DNA of 34,293 nt from an uncultured Chloroflexia bacterium. Lineage in GTDB: Bacteria; Chloroflexota; UBA6077; JACCZL01. This document shows, piece after piece, positions 1 through 12,130 of the stretch; the stretch's first letter is position 1, and every line of letters starts with the position of its first letter. The position numbers and the translations under genes are program-made. The notes beneath the pieces are model-generated. The model was not told where the DNA came from. It ran no database searches and saw only the letters and a program-made list of their open reading frames with translations. The DNA lies in contig CAVXYC010000004.1 of assembly GCA_963765765.1 (NCBI GenBank), forward strand, positions 1-34,293, written 5' to 3'.

Positions 1-2
1 TG

Positions 3-1101
<1,099 letters not shown>

Positions 1102-1113
1102 ACGATCTGAGAG

Positions 1114-1146
1114 TGCTGGGCCGCGCAGGATAACGGCCCAGCATTT
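1114..1146 (+). terminator. Probable Rho-independent terminator
   Basis: Perfect 10-bp stem TGCTGGGCCG / CGGCCCAGCA, 10-nt loop, then a short T run. Confidence 0.55.
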
Positions 1147-1166
1147 GCCACGCAATTGCCCTTGGA

Positions 1167-2335
1167 GTGCATGATCTCTCAGGGCGTAACACATCCGCGG
1201 GCCCGCGCAGGGTGGCAGTTCTTACCGAGCTGGCCACCGTGCGCGATGTGGACGGCGCCAGCTATCTCGAGACCTTCCTGGTATCAGCGGTCGCATCAAT
1301 ACTGCTGATTCGTCTCTCCTCGAGCTCACAGACTATCCGCAGATCGGCGGCGGCGGGCTGCACATTGCCCACGTTCTCTGGGGCGGCTTCCTCATGCTGC
1401 TTGCCCTGGTGCTATTGCTCGGATTTCTGGGCAAGCTGTCAAACGCGCCGCCGCCGTGGTGGGCGGAGTCGGCTTCGGCGCATTCATCGACGAGCTGGGG
1501 AAATTCATCACCAGCGACAACGACTACTTCTATCGTCCCACGGCCGCGCTCATCTACGTGATTTTCATTGGGCTGGTCTTGCTCTTTCGCTGGATCGAGC
1601 AACGCCGACAGCATTCGCGTCTGGAGCTCCTGGCGAACTCCGCTGACATGTTGAAAGAGGTCATCATCGATGGCGCGCGGAGCGATGAGATAATCCGAGC
1701 ACTAGCTCTTCTAGAGCAAGTCGGCGAGGATACCGAGCTAACTCGTGCACTTCGGCAAGTGGTACTCAGCGCGGATCGTGCGCCTGATCACCCGCCATCC
1801 ATCCCCACGCGAGCGGCACTTCGCATGCGCAGCCTGTACGAGCGACTGCTCGTACATCACTGGTTTCAGAGAGTGCTTCTGCTCATCTTTGTCGGCAATG
1901 CTGCGATCGGTGTGGTCGTGGTGGGACTCGTGCTTGTTCAAGGCTCAGACACGTTATTCAGCAGCGAGGTGCGCTCATTGACGGCTATGGGCCAGGCAAG
2001 CTCAGCAACGATAGTCTGGAGCTTGGCCGTGGTCGGGACGTTGCAACTTCGCCGTTCCAACTAGCCGCCTTCGGATGGTTCAAACGCTCCGTACTCGCTA
2101 CGATTTTCTTCGTCCAGGTATTCCTGTTCATGCAGAATCAGGCAATCGCCTTGCCGGTCTCCTTGCCAACCTGGTGCCTCTGGGGGGTGTCAATGCGCTT
2201 ATCCGAGCGGAACGAATTCGACGTGCAGAACACGGTGATCCCGGCAACGAGGTAGGCCCTGGTGAACGCGCAACGATGATATGCAACTCCCAACGCTCCA
2301 ACGCCGTCTTACGAATACGAGGAGGACTCGTCTGA
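1167..2335 (+). CDS. Multi-pass hypothetical membrane protein (about 4 frameshifts; ends approximate)
   Basis: Joined frames give ETFLVSAVASILLIR / YPQIGGGGLHIAHVLWGGFLMLLAL / GGVGFGAFIDELGKFITSDNDYFYRPTAALIY / GWFKRSVLATIFFVQVFLF; shifts near 1315, 1450, 2060 and 2150. Confidence 0.7.
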
Positions 2336-3570
2336 TGACCATACCCGCGCAAGGAGCGGATTCAACCAGCGATGAGCTGGTGCTGCATCCACCCTCGCCA
2401 GTCGGCCCAGTAAGGCCCGAGCAAGTCGCCGCGGTCCGAGTTGACGACGCTACCGCTGAACAGATCGCCGCCGCGGTCCGAACCTGCGTGGAATCGCTCG
2501 CCTCACTGGAGGCGCAATCGCCCGAGTTCGAGCACAAAGTCACCGCGATCAGTCGTATGGGCCATGATGAGATTCGACGCTCATCCGAGGCATCGAACCG
2601 ATTTCTGGATCGGCCCACCACCGCGCTCAAGGACGGGCCGCTCTCCCAGGGCTCTGAGGTATCATCGGCACTCCTCTCGCTTCGTCAACAAATTGAGAGT
2701 CTGGACCCGTCTCGTCATCTGGGCAACCGTAGAGGCTTGCTGAGTCGATTTACTATGCGGAACGAGGTGGGAACATATTTCCGGAAGTACCAGTCGGCGC
2801 AATCGCAAATCGAGGCCATTGTCAGCAGCCTGTACCGAGGCCAGGATGAGCTTCTCCGCGACAATGCCGCCCTCGAGCAGGAGAAAGCGCATCTCTGGGA
2901 GATGAAGCGCCGCCTGGAACAGTACTCGTACATGGCCGGCAAGCTGGACGAGGCGCTGGAAACCGAGATCCAGCAGACTTCCATCCAGGATCCTGAGAAG
3001 GCCCGTGCGCTCAAAGAGGATGCCCTCTTCTATGTGCGCCAGAAGCACCAGGATCTGCTCACCCAGCTCTCGGTCACGGTGCAGGGCTATCTAGCGCTGG
3101 ACCTGATTCGTCGGAACAACCTTGAGCTTGTCAAGGGAGTGGAGCGTGCGACGACCACTACGGTCTCGGCCTTACGCACGGCCGTCATCGCCGCGCTCGC
3201 CCTGGGCAACCAGCGCCTGGTGCTCGATCAGATCACCGCGCTCAACAGCACAACAGGCAACATCATTCAATCCACCTCGGAGATGCTGCGACAACAATCG
3301 GCCGAGATTCAGAATCAGGCCGCCAGCTCTACCGTGGACGTCAAACAGCTTCAGACAGCGTTCGATAACATCTATGCGACAATCGATGCGATCGACACCT
3401 TCAAGTTGACAGCGCTGGATGCTATGAAGACGACCATCGATGCGCTAACGAAAGAAGTGGCGCGTGCCCAAACCCACGTGGAGCGAGCAAGAGCATCCGA
3501 GCTGGCTCAGCTCAAGGCCGAAACGATGCAGCAGGAGCTTGTGCTCCCAACTGGGAAGGGTGCCGCGTGA
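2335..3570 (+). CDS. telA: Toxic anion resistance protein, TelA/KlaA family
   Basis: AGGAGGA RBS before ATG 2335; coiled-coil protein with YFRKYQSAQSQIEAIV, QGYLALDLIRRNNLELVKGVERATTTTVSALRTAV and LQTAFDNIYATIDAIDTFK. Confidence 0.88.
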   Translation: MTIPAQGADSTSDELVLHPPSPVGPVRPEQVAAVRVDDATAEQIAAAVRTCVESLASLEAQSPEFEHKVTAISRMGHDEIRRSSEASNRFLDRPTTALKDGPLSQGSEVSSALLSLRQQIESLDPSRHLGNRRGLLSRFTMRNEVGTYFRKYQSAQSQIEAIVSSLYRGQDELLRDNAALEQEKAHLWEMKRRLEQYSYMAGKLDEALETEIQQTSIQDPEKARALKEDALFYVRQKHQDLLTQLSVTVQGYLALDLIRRNNLELVKGVERATTTTVSALRTAVIAALALGNQRLVLDQITALNSTTGNIIQSTSEMLRQQSAEIQNQAASSTVDVKQLQTAFDNIYATIDAIDTFKLTALDAMKTTIDALTKEVARAQTHVERARASELAQLKAETMQQELVLPTGKGAA

Positions 3571-3704
3571 CGGACTACGATAACAGTGCCGCATCCGGTG
3601 AAGGTGCGGTTTTCCCGGGAGCCCGACACACCCTCCAACCGGGATATCTACGAGGAACCGCACCCTCACGAGATGCGGCTCTGTTAGCGAGAGGTCATTA
3701 GACC

Positions 3705-4387
3705 ATGTGGTTACTACTATTCCCATTGCTGCTTGTGACCATTGTGCTCTCGATGATTCTGGGCACAGCGGCCATATTCGTGACCGTGGCCAGGGATATG
3801 CCCGTGCTCCTGATCGCGCTAGGCGCCTGGATCATATGGCGGGCTAATCGGCCACGCCCACATCGCCGCGCGTATCGTTACGGACATCGCGAATGGCGAT
3901 ACGAGGCTGGTCAACGGCGACCCGAGGCTGGTCCCATCATTGAGCATGACACCGTAAAACCGCCCGCGGTCGAACCCGCCGCAGCGACCCCGATTCAGAG
4001 GCCGAGGCGGAGCTGCCCATCGATGTGCAAGTGATGGTGGAGCAGATCACGCGCAAGGCGGATGTCCTTCAGGGCTATGCAGATCGCTTTCCTCCCATGT
4101 CACAGGACTTGCACATCGTTCGGCAGACGGCGGCTGACTATCTCCCCAGAACGGTTAACGCATACCTGGCGTTACCGAGCGATGACGATCCGTTTGACAT
4201 CACCACCAATGAGCAGGCGCTGCAGGAGCTTCGCAACCAGCTACGGTTACTGGACGTGAAACTTGACGAGATCGCCCAGGATCTTCAGCGTCAGGACATG
4301 GACCGCCTTCTTGCGAACCGACGGTTCCTCGAAGAGCGATTTCGTCCACGGGAATTAGGCGAGCCAGCGGGAAGCGGCAAGAGCTAG
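3705..4387 (+). CDS. Membrane-anchored TelA partner (XpaC-like helical protein), frameshift near 4010
   Basis: Two N-terminal TM segments, Pro-rich linker, then RQTAADYLPRTVNAYLALP...LRNQLRLLD...DRLLANRRFLEERF; adjacent to telA. Confidence 0.65.
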
Positions 4388-4401
4388 CGAGAAGCTCCTG
4401 T

Positions 4402-4499
4402 GCTCCCCCTTTTGGCCCTTGGGAGAGGGTTGGGTCGATGAGAGGGATATCCAGCGCCTCTCATCCTTGCTCCAGCCCTCTCCCAAAGGCCAAAGGAGC
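4402..4499. repeat. REP-like inverted repeat pair (about 100-nt hairpin) between convergent genes
   Basis: GCTCCCCCTTTTGGCCCTTGGGAGAGGGTTGG pairs with CCAGCCCTCTCCCAAAGGCCAAAGGAGC; inner stem GATGAGAGG / CCTCTCATC. Confidence 0.75.
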
Positions 4500-4500
4500 T

Positions 4501-5061
4501 TTAGCGCCGACCCAGCAGTGCTAGTAGCTTCGCCTGAGGGGTCGCGTCGGGTCCCACGTCTAGGCTTTCCCCGAAAATCCCCGCACTACGCCATTGCTCG
4601 CTGATTCGCTCAGCGAGCGGCAAGCAGGCCTGAACCAGATCCGCATCAAGGGTTGCAACTTGTCCGCTGCCAACAGCAATGTCCCAGCCGTGGACAAGCG
4701 TATCGAGGAAGAGCTGCGACGCGTACTCCGAGCCCGGAAAATCACCGAACGAAAGATGGCAAACGGCATCCATTGCTCCAGATGCCTCGGCCGCCGCGGC
4801 GGCCAGTGGAACCGAGCGCGCGTACGCGCCGGCAGGGTCGTTTCCGACGAGGTCGCCGTCCAGCCTGTCTCCAACATCCGCCATCGTCTTTCCCTGGAAA
4901 ATCTCCGCCGCCCAGAGATTCTCACCCACGATGTGATTCACCACGTCGCGAACATTCCACTCCGTGCACGGTGTTGCGGAGGTCCACTGCTCAGGACGCA
5001 CGTTTGCAATGATTTGCTCGGTCCTGCGCATGGCCTGCGCATAAAGCTGCCCGGTCGTCAT
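4501..5061 (-). CDS. TIGR03086-type metal-binding protein (MDMPI / DinB superfamily)
   Basis: TPCTEWNVRDVVNH, DTLVHGWDIA and C-terminal KLLALLGR motifs; AGGAGG RBS before ATG 5061. Confidence 0.88.
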   Translation of the reverse strand: MTTGQLYAQAMRRTEQIIANVRPEQWTSATPCTEWNVRDVVNHIVGENLWAAEIFQGKTMADVGDRLDGDLVGNDPAGAYARSVPLAAAAAEASGAMDAVCHLSFGDFPGSEYASQLFLDTLVHGWDIAVGSGQVATLDADLVQACLPLAERISEQWRSAGIFGESLDVGPDATPQAKLLALLGRR

Positions 5062-5155
5062 GCCGCCTCCTACTGCATCAGCCATAGACTCCGCCTTTTC
5101 TGATCTGCGCTCACCGCGATTCCATTGTAGTGCGCTTTCCTCCCTCCTCGATTAG

Positions 5156-5188
5156 CCGACTCCCTCGCCCTTTGGGAGAGGGAGTCGG
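5156..5188. repeat. REP-like hairpin of the same family as 4402-4499
   Basis: Perfect 11-bp stem CCGACTCCCTC / GAGGGAGTCGG; shares the TTGGGAGAGGG core. Confidence 0.65.
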
Positions 5189-5249
5189 TGGAAAGCTTCT
5201 CGGCAGGGAACGGGAGCCGGTTGCGTGGCCGTGGGACTGGCGGATCGTT

Positions 5250-7418
5250 ATGCTCATGGAGGACCCGGAAGGACAAGCATTGGACCTACCCGTAATCCTG
5301 ATCGTCGCCCATGACCCGTTGGTGCGGCGCGCCATGGAGCGAGATCTCGAACGGCAGTTTGCTAGCGACTATCAAGTGCGCTCAGTTGATTCCGGTCGCG
5401 CTGGTCTCGATGTCATCCGCGAATGCGCCTTGCACGGGCAACCGGTGGCCATGCTGCTCGCCGACCAGCCTATGCCAGAGATGAGCGGCGTCGCATTTCT
5501 GGCCGAGGCGGCGCGATTAGCTCCGAGAGCCAAGCGAGTTCTGCTCGCGGCCTATGACGATACCCAGGCCGCGATCAGCGCGATCAATCAGGTGCGTCTG
5601 GACTACTATCTCCCGCGACCAACGGGCTCTCCCGACCAGAGCCATTACACGGCCCTCAGTGATCTCCTGGATGACTGGCACACAACCGCGCCAAGGCTGG
5701 GCTCCGGAATTCGTGTCGTCGGCCATCGCTGGTCCGCCCGTTCCCATGAGATCAAAGATTATCTGGCGCGAAACCTCGTTCCTTACGAATGGATGGACGT
5801 GGAGGCACAGGAGGACGCGCAGCATCTCCTGCGCTCGCCGGCGCCAACCCGGCCCAGCTTCCACTGGTGCTCTTTCCCGATGGCGCGACGCTGGTCCAGC
5901 CTGACGTTTCGAAACTCGCGGAACGCCTGGGCCTTCGCACGCACGCCCAACGTCGCTTCTACGATCTCGTCATCGTCGGTGGCGGACCGGCCGGATTGGC
6001 GGCGGCAGTCTACGGTGCCTCCGAAGGGCTCCACACGCTGCTGATTGAGCGCGAGGCACCTGGCGGGCAGGCGGGGATGAGCGCCCGAATCGAGAACTAC
6101 CTCGGGTTCCCCTCAGGTTTAAGCGGCGGCGAGCTGACCCGACGCGCCGTTGCGCAAGCCAGTCGCTTCGGCGCTGAGATCCTCACTCCATGCGAGGTGG
6201 TTAGCGTCGAGCTACACGGTGACTATCGGGTGATCCACCTGTCCTCGGGCGAAGAGATCAACTGCCAGGCGCTGCTCATCGCCACAGGCATCTCCTATCG
6301 AAAGCTCGATGTACCGGGCGCCGATCGATTGTCCGGCGCGGGCGTGTATTACGGCACGGCCGTACCAGAGGCTCTGGAATCGCAGGGGCGGGACGTCTTC
6401 ATCGTTGGCGGCGGCAACTCGGCCGGCCAGGCGGCTATGTATCTCTCCCAATATGCCCGCTCGGTGACGGTGCTCGTGCGCGGCGAGTCCCTGGCCAGCA
6501 GCATGTCGCAGTATCTCATTGCCCAGATCGAGTCCACGGACCGCGTCACTGTTCGTGCGCGAACGAGCGTCACCGAGGTGCTGGGCGAGAGCCACATTGA
6601 GTCGCTACGTCTCCGATACTCCAATCCCGCCATGGAGGAGACCGTTCCGGCGGACGCACTCTTCATCTTTACAGGCGCCACGCCTCGAACCGATTGGGTG
6701 GCGGGGACGATTGAGCGCGACGAGGATGGCTTCATTCTTTCCGGAGCGGACGTGATGCGCGACGGCAACCCGCCGCTCGGCTGGCCGCTGGAGCGCGATC
6801 CCTATTGGCTGGAGACGAAGCGTCGCCGGCGTCTTCGTCGCCGGTGATGTGCGTCATGGATCGGTCAAGCGGATCGCCTCAGCCACCGGCGAAGGCGCCA
6901 TGGCCGTACAGCTCATTCACGGCCACCTGGCCGCTCCATCGCCGCGGCGAGTGGGGTGGGCTGCTGCTCCTGAGGAGCACATCGCTCTCCTGCGCTCATC
7001 GTCCATCTTCGCGAACCTGGCCGATCGCGATCTCGAGCTTCTGGCAGAGCTAGCCAATCCCGTGGACGTACCGTGTGACCAGCTCATTATTGAAGAAGGT
7101 CGGGAAGGCGACACACTTTACCTGGTGTTGGATGGGCAGCTCGAAGTCTTCACCAATCGCGACGGTCGCGATGTGCGGCTAGCGCTCCTTACCCGTGGAC
7201 AAATCGTCGGGGAGATGGCAGTGCTGCAGCAATCGCCGCGCATGGCCTCTGTCCGAGCCCTCTGTGACACTCGCCTGCTGGTGATCAGCCAGGCCGCGTT
7301 TCTGCGAATGCTGATGAAGAATGCGAGCGCATTGCGTGAAGTCTTGCGCACCGTCACGTCTCGCGTACGCGAGACGGAGAACACGTTAACTCAGCAAGCA
7401 CCATTCCCTCGTGGATAA
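5250..7418 (+). CDS. Receiver domain + thioredoxin-reductase-like FAD oxidoreductase + C-terminal cNMP-binding domain (frameshifts near 5832 and 6817)
   Basis: REC LLADQPMPEMSG; FAD motif IVGGGPAGLAAA; NAD(P)H motif IVGGGNSAGQAA; ETSVAGVFVAGDVRHGSVKR after correction; cNMP domain EEGREGDTLY...GEMAVLQQSPRMASVRA in frame with the TrxB end. Confidence 0.85.
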
Positions 7419-7589
7419 GCTCCAAAGTACTGCCCCTGAGGGGTCTGCATCACGGCTAGTCCACTGAGAGGAGGGCGTGCCCGGTAGCCGACGGTGCCCC
7501 GGTATGCACGCCGCCCGAACTCCCGGCCGCCTTGGCCGAAGCACAGCGCATGATACGAACGGCCCGAAAAGACTGTCAAGACGTAGCGA

Positions 7590-7668
7590 AATGAAGAATG
7601 AAGAATGAAGAATTAGGTCAGTACTTTCCGTGGACGCATTCTTCATTCTCAATTCTGGCATTCTTCAT
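7590..7668. repeat. Inverted arrays of a 7-nt repeat (AATGAAG) between convergent genes
   Basis: (AATGAAG)x3 at 7590-7610 and degenerate complementary copies ATTCTTCATTCTCAATTCTGGCATTCTTCAT at 7638-7668. Confidence 0.75.
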
Positions 7669-7672
7669 ACGT

Positions 7673-8194
7673 TCAATAGCGCTCCCAATGTGCAAACTCA
7701 GTGATCGGCTTGCGTGCTCCGCCATCAGGCCGTGGAGGTCGTGCGCGACGAGCTTCCACGTCCGTGTGTCCGACGGCCACGACAGTCTTGGCACGCTTGT
7801 CTGAGGGGATCCCGAGCAGCGATTTGGCATTGGCGGGGCCGTCGTTTTTCAGCGTGGCTACGGTCGATCCGAGACCATGCGCTGCTGCGGCCAGACACAG
7901 CCGCTCCGCGAGCCGTCCTTCGTCAAAGGCAACGTCATCGCTCGTGCTGACAATCAGGAATACCACGCCAGCAGTGGCCGCGGGTTTGGCGCCCCAGTCA
8001 CCAAACTTCTCTTTGACCGAGGGATCCTCCACCACGACCACTTCCCATGGCTGCCGATTCACTCCGCTCCCCGTCCAGCGACCAACCTCGAGAATGTCCT
8101 CTATGACCGGCCTATCGATCTCCTCGGGCGTGTACTCCTTGATCGCCCGAAGCTTCGCCAGAAAGGTCGACTTCTCATTATTAGATGGCGCCAT
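7673..8194 (-). CDS. Nitroreductase family protein
   Basis: LRAIKEY, ILEVGRWTGSGVNRQPWEVVVV, LAAAAHGLGS and VVAVGH motifs; GGAG before ATG 8194. Confidence 0.9.
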   Translation of the reverse strand: MAPSNNEKSTFLAKLRAIKEYTPEEIDRPVIEDILEVGRWTGSGVNRQPWEVVVVEDPSVKEKFGDWGAKPAATAGVVFLIVSTSDDVAFDEGRLAERLCLAAAAHGLGSTVATLKNDGPANAKSLLGIPSDKRAKTVVAVGHTDVEARRARPPRPDGGARKPITEFAHWERY

Positions 8195-8367
8195 TGCTCC
8201 GCCCCCACACTTCACTGAGCGCGCCCGCGGCACGCTTGCAGTCATTATGTCCCACGGTCCTAGCGGTGGCGACTGATCTGCGTCTGAAGACCTCCATAGA
8301 CCGCGTTCACAGTCCAGTGCTAGGCTGACGCACATCTTCAGGTTCATGATTCAAAAGGGTGGTAACC

Positions 8368-9426
8368 ATGGCTGCACCGGCACCCGCGCTCACATCGTTC
8401 ATCTCCGCCGACTCGCACGTGATGGAACCGCACGATCTCTGGGAGACGCGATTGCCCGCCGCGCTACGAGACGCCGCACCACGCTTTCCCGCGCCAAAGG
8501 TTGGCGAAGGATTCCAGGGACAGCCTGGTGGGCATGATCCCCACGCCCGACTGGATGAGATGAGCGTGGATAACGTGAGCGTCGAGGTTCTCTACCCTAC
8601 TCTCACGCTCTCACTGTTTGACCTGGACGATGCCAGCCTCCAGGAGGCCTGCTTCCGCGTATTCAACGACTGGCTGATCGAGTACTGTCAGGTTTCGCCT
8701 GAGCGACTCATTGGTCTTGCTGCCATCTCCACATACGATATCGACAACGCCGTGGCCGAGCTCACGCGCTGCGCGCGGGCCGGCCTGCGCGGCGCACTTG
8801 TCTGGCAAGCGCCGCATCCTGATCTGCCGTTCTCCGGTCAGCACTACGAGCGGCTCTGGGCTGCAGCCCAGGACTTGAGCATGCCCATCAGCATGCACAT
8901 TCTCACGGGACACAGCTATCACAAAGGCGGTCTCGATCGCGGTGCAAGCCAGGTCAAGCGCGGGGGTCTAGTACCCTTCCGTGGCGCCGTGAACCTGAAG
9001 ATCGCGGACGCCGCCGGAGCCATCTTTGACCTCGTCTATAGCGGCGTCCTGGAGCGCTATCCCGAGCTCAAGATCGTCACCGTTGAGACCGAGATGGGCT
9101 GGCTGCCGTTCTACGAGCAGCAATGGGACTATTACTTCCACCGCTACGCCGCGGCTAATCCGCCCATCAACGAGCCGCCCAGCACCTATCTACGCCGACA
9201 GGTCTACGCAACCTTCTTCAACGATCCAATGGGCGCTCGCCAGCTCACCTGGTGGGGTCAGGACACCAGCATGTGGTCCAACGACTTCCCCCACCCCAAT
9301 ACCACCTGGCCCAACTCCCATGCCGTCATCGCCCGAGACCTCGGCCATCTGCCCGCCGACGTGCAGCGCAAAATCCTGTGGGAGAACGCGGCGCGGCTAT
9401 ATGGGCTGGACATCGCCAGGGTGTAG
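8368..9426 (+). CDS. Amidohydrolase family protein (Amidohydro_2)
   Basis: [47 protein letters not shown]. Confidence 0.9.
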   Translation: MAAPAPALTSFISADSHVMEPHDLWETRLPAALRDAAPRFPAPKVGEGFQGQPGGHDPHARLDEMSVDNVSVEVLYPTLTLSLFDLDDASLQEACFRVFNDWLIEYCQVSPERLIGLAAISTYDIDNAVAELTRCARAGLRGALVWQAPHPDLPFSGQHYERLWAAAQDLSMPISMHILTGHSYHKGGLDRGASQVKRGGLVPFRGAVNLKIADAAGAIFDLVYSGVLERYPELKIVTVETEMGWLPFYEQQWDYYFHRYAAANPPINEPPSTYLRRQVYATFFNDPMGARQLTWWGQDTSMWSNDFPHPNTTWPNSHAVIARDLGHLPADVQRKILWENAARLYGLDIARV

Positions 9427-10731
9427 CTCTCCAGGACTCCAGACGAACCGATCCGATATCCACCCCGCCACATAATCAAACGTGGTCTTCACGGTGTCTC
9501 CGTATTGCCCGGGGAACTCCTCACAGGCGGCGCACGGGGTGATGTTGTGCGAGGCGCCTTCCACGAAGACGAGCTGCTTGTCCGTGCTGGCGGCGTGCTG
9601 GAAAAAGATCTCGCCCGGCACCATCCAGTAGTGGCCGGTCATGGCCATGAGGAGCAGCGGTGCACGCACGCCTTGCAAATTGGCCGGCGTGGACGTGTTG
9701 GATGAATTCCAATTGATGCCCTGGATGTCATCTTCAGTAATGGCGTAACGGTCCGGGTCCACGCGAATGGCGTTGCTGCTCAGCCAGGACTTTACGGAGT
9801 AGGCGATCGCTCCCGATGACCACGAGGCATTCTGTGCGGCCGTCAAACTCGCGGCCCCGCCAGATCCGGGCATCACGCCGGCTACCCGAACGCAGTGCGG
9901 AACGTCCACGATGGTTGAGCCGTCCGGTCGAAGTATCGGATAAGCCTCCTTCGTGTGCGCGATCAGGCGTGGATCGAGCTGCCAGATGCGCGCCTGGCCA
10001 CGTGCCAGCGTAAAGGGCTCGTCATCCGGATACAGGCCCCGCCCCTGCTGAATGAGCTCCAGCCGCTCTTGAGCGCGCTGGGTCAGACGTTGCATCCGCT
10101 CCGCCTGCGCTCGCAGGTAGCGATGCCGAAACTCGTCACTGTACCGTGGGCCGGCAGGATCGTATCCGTTCTGCGGATCGAACACATCAAGTGATGGATC
10201 GATCCGATTAGGCTCGTCCTCGTCCACGACTGCTGGGTCCATGGCCGTAAGCGTGTTGGCGGCGTAGCCGTGATGCGCGTCCAGCAGCACCAGGCCATCA
10301 GCGGGCGGCAATCCGTCTAGCTCGTCTCCGCCGTGCGCGAATCGGCCTTCGACCCGCGCCGCCGCCGCGCCGTTCTCCGCCACGTTTTGATAGAAGGGCA
10401 TGAGCTGACCGCCGCCGCTGTGGCCGATGAGCACCACCTTCTTGATTCCGGGGAGACCGCGCAGATACTCCACCGCCAGCTTCACATCCAGCGGCACCTG
10501 CTCCCAGATCATGGTCTCGCGGTTGGTATTGAAGTAGCGGCCGTTTACGCCCATCGCCCGAAAGCCGCGGCTCGCCAGCTCGCTGCAGCCGAGATGGGTC
10601 ATGTAATTGGAGTTAGGATGCATCAACACCACTCCAACCGACTCCTCCGCCTGACCCTGCTCCGGGCCATACAGCAGCCCCATGGTCTGTGCGCGAAGGC
10701 TTACGAATTCGGGGTTCACGTGATCAGTCAC
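9397..10731 (-). CDS. Alpha/beta-fold hydrolase, uncharacterised family (in frame with glgC in this assembly)
   Basis: Nucleophile elbow LIGHSGGG, candidate catalytic His in VEGASH; probable own GTG start at 10731. Confidence 0.75.
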   Translation of the reverse strand: MTDHVNPEFVSLRAQTMGLLYGPEQGQAEESVGVVLMHPNSNYMTHLGCSELASRGFRAMGVNGRYFNTNRETMIWEQVPLDVKLAVEYLRGLPGIKKVVLIGHSGGGQLMPFYQNVAENGAAAARVEGRFAHGGDELDGLPPADGLVLLDAHHGYAANTLTAMDPAVVDEDEPNRIDPSLDVFDPQNGYDPAGPRYSDEFRHRYLRAQAERMQRLTQRAQERLELIQQGRGLYPDDEPFTLARGQARIWQLDPRLIAHTKEAYPILRPDGSTIVDVPHCVRVAGVMPGSGGAASLTAAQNASWSSGAIAYSVKSWLSSNAIRVDPDRYAITEDDIQGINWNSSNTSTPANLQGVRAPLLLMAMTGHYWMVPGEIFFQHAASTDKQLVFVEGASHNITPCAACEEFPGQYGDTVKTTFDYVAGWISDRFVWSPGELHPGDVQPI

Positions 10732-11946
10732 GGCCCGGATGACCTTGTTCTTCTCAACTACCACGACGCCATTGGGTGACATCGTGAAGCGCTTCTTGTC
10801 TAGCTCATGATCGACGCCAACCCTGGCGCCATCTTCAACGATGACGTTTTTGTCCAGAATGGCGTTGCGGACGACGGCGCCGTAACCCACGCGGACGTTA
10901 TCCAGCAGGACTGAGCCATCGACGCGGGCTCCGCGCTGGACCCGCACGAGCGGAGAAAGCACCGACTTTTGCACCATTCCACCCGCCACGATGACGCCTG
11001 CGCTGAGCAGCGAATCGTGCGCCTCGCCCTGCTGCTGGTCCAGCACAAGCTTGGCCGGTGGCACCGGCGGATGCCAGGTGTGGATGGGCCATTGCATGTT
11101 ATAGAGATTGAACGCCGGAACCGGCGCCACCAGATCCATGTGCGCGTCGTAGTACGCGTCAATAGTACCGACGTCACGCCAGTAGCCCCAGTCCGCCTCA
11201 GTAGACCCCGGAACTTTATTCAATGTGAAGTCGTAACAGCTTGCATCACCACGCTCCACGAATTTAGGCACCAGGCTTCCGCCGATGTCGTGTGCGCTGC
11301 GGTGATCCCTGGAATCTGTCGTCACCGCGTCTACCAGCGCGGCTGTGGTGAAGATGTAATTACCCATGGAAGCCAGGATCTGGTCCGGGGCATCGGGCAA
11401 GCCCGGCGCACTCGCCGGCTTCTCGCGGAAGGCCTCGATTCGTCCGTCCGTGCCATCCTGGATGACACCAAAGTCGCTTGCCTCAGCCCGCGGTACCCTG
11501 ACGGCCGCCACTGTGAGTCCGGCGCCGCTGGCGATGTGGTGCTCCAGCATCTGCTGAGGGTCCATGCGGTAGATGTGGTCCGCGCCGAACACGAGGATGT
11601 AGTCCGGCCGCTCGTCATAGATCAGGTTGAGGTTCTGGTAGACCGCGTCCGCTGAGCCGAGGAACCACTGCGGGCCACGGCGCATTTGTGCCGGCACGGC
11701 GGCCACGTAGTGACCCAGCATGGCGCTCATCTGCCAGGTCTGAGCCACGTGTCTATCCAGACTGTGGCTTTTGTACTGGGTGAGAACAACGATCTTGCGG
11801 TAGCCACCGTTGGCGATGTTCGAGAGTACGAAATCCACCAGGCGATACGTGCCGCCAAAGGGCACAGCCGGCTTTGCGCGGTCGGCTGTAAGTGGGCTGA
11901 GACGCTTTCCCTCTCCGCCCGCGAGGACCATAGCAAGAACCTGCAT
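10732..11946 (-). CDS. glgC: Glucose-1-phosphate adenylyltransferase (ADP-glucose pyrophosphorylase)
   Basis: [56 protein letters not shown] and C-terminal beta-helix; about 405 aa. Confidence 0.96.
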
Positions 11947-12113
11947 CCTCCGCCCCTTCTGGCGCCATTCGCGCCAGGCGATTGTGCGCCGCCGCTGTAT
12001 TACTGACCAGATTACCAAGCGGATTAACCGTACCACGTAGGAATCCGACAAATGGCAACCGATTTCATGTGAAAGCTGGCAATTTGTGCGGCTTGTCAGA
12101 CTTGAAGCTGGAG

Positions 12114-12130
12114 CCGGCGTGGCTATTGCA
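12114..12130 (+). promoter_or_regulatory. Possible sigma-54 -24/-12 promoter upstream of the transglutaminase-like genes
   Basis: CCGGCGTGGCTATTGCA has exact GG-N10-GC spacing and TTGCA; three mismatches to CTGGCACG. Confidence 0.3.

Noticed and set aside
5250-7418. Programmed ribosomal frameshifting in the TrxB-like gene and other split genes
   Set aside because: No slippery heptamers or stimulatory structures seen at the shift sites; the number of indels points to sequencing error.
9397-9426. 30-nt convergent overlap of amidohydrolase and hydrolase 3' ends
   Set aside because: Short convergent overlaps are ordinary and may also stem from an indel near the hydrolase stop.
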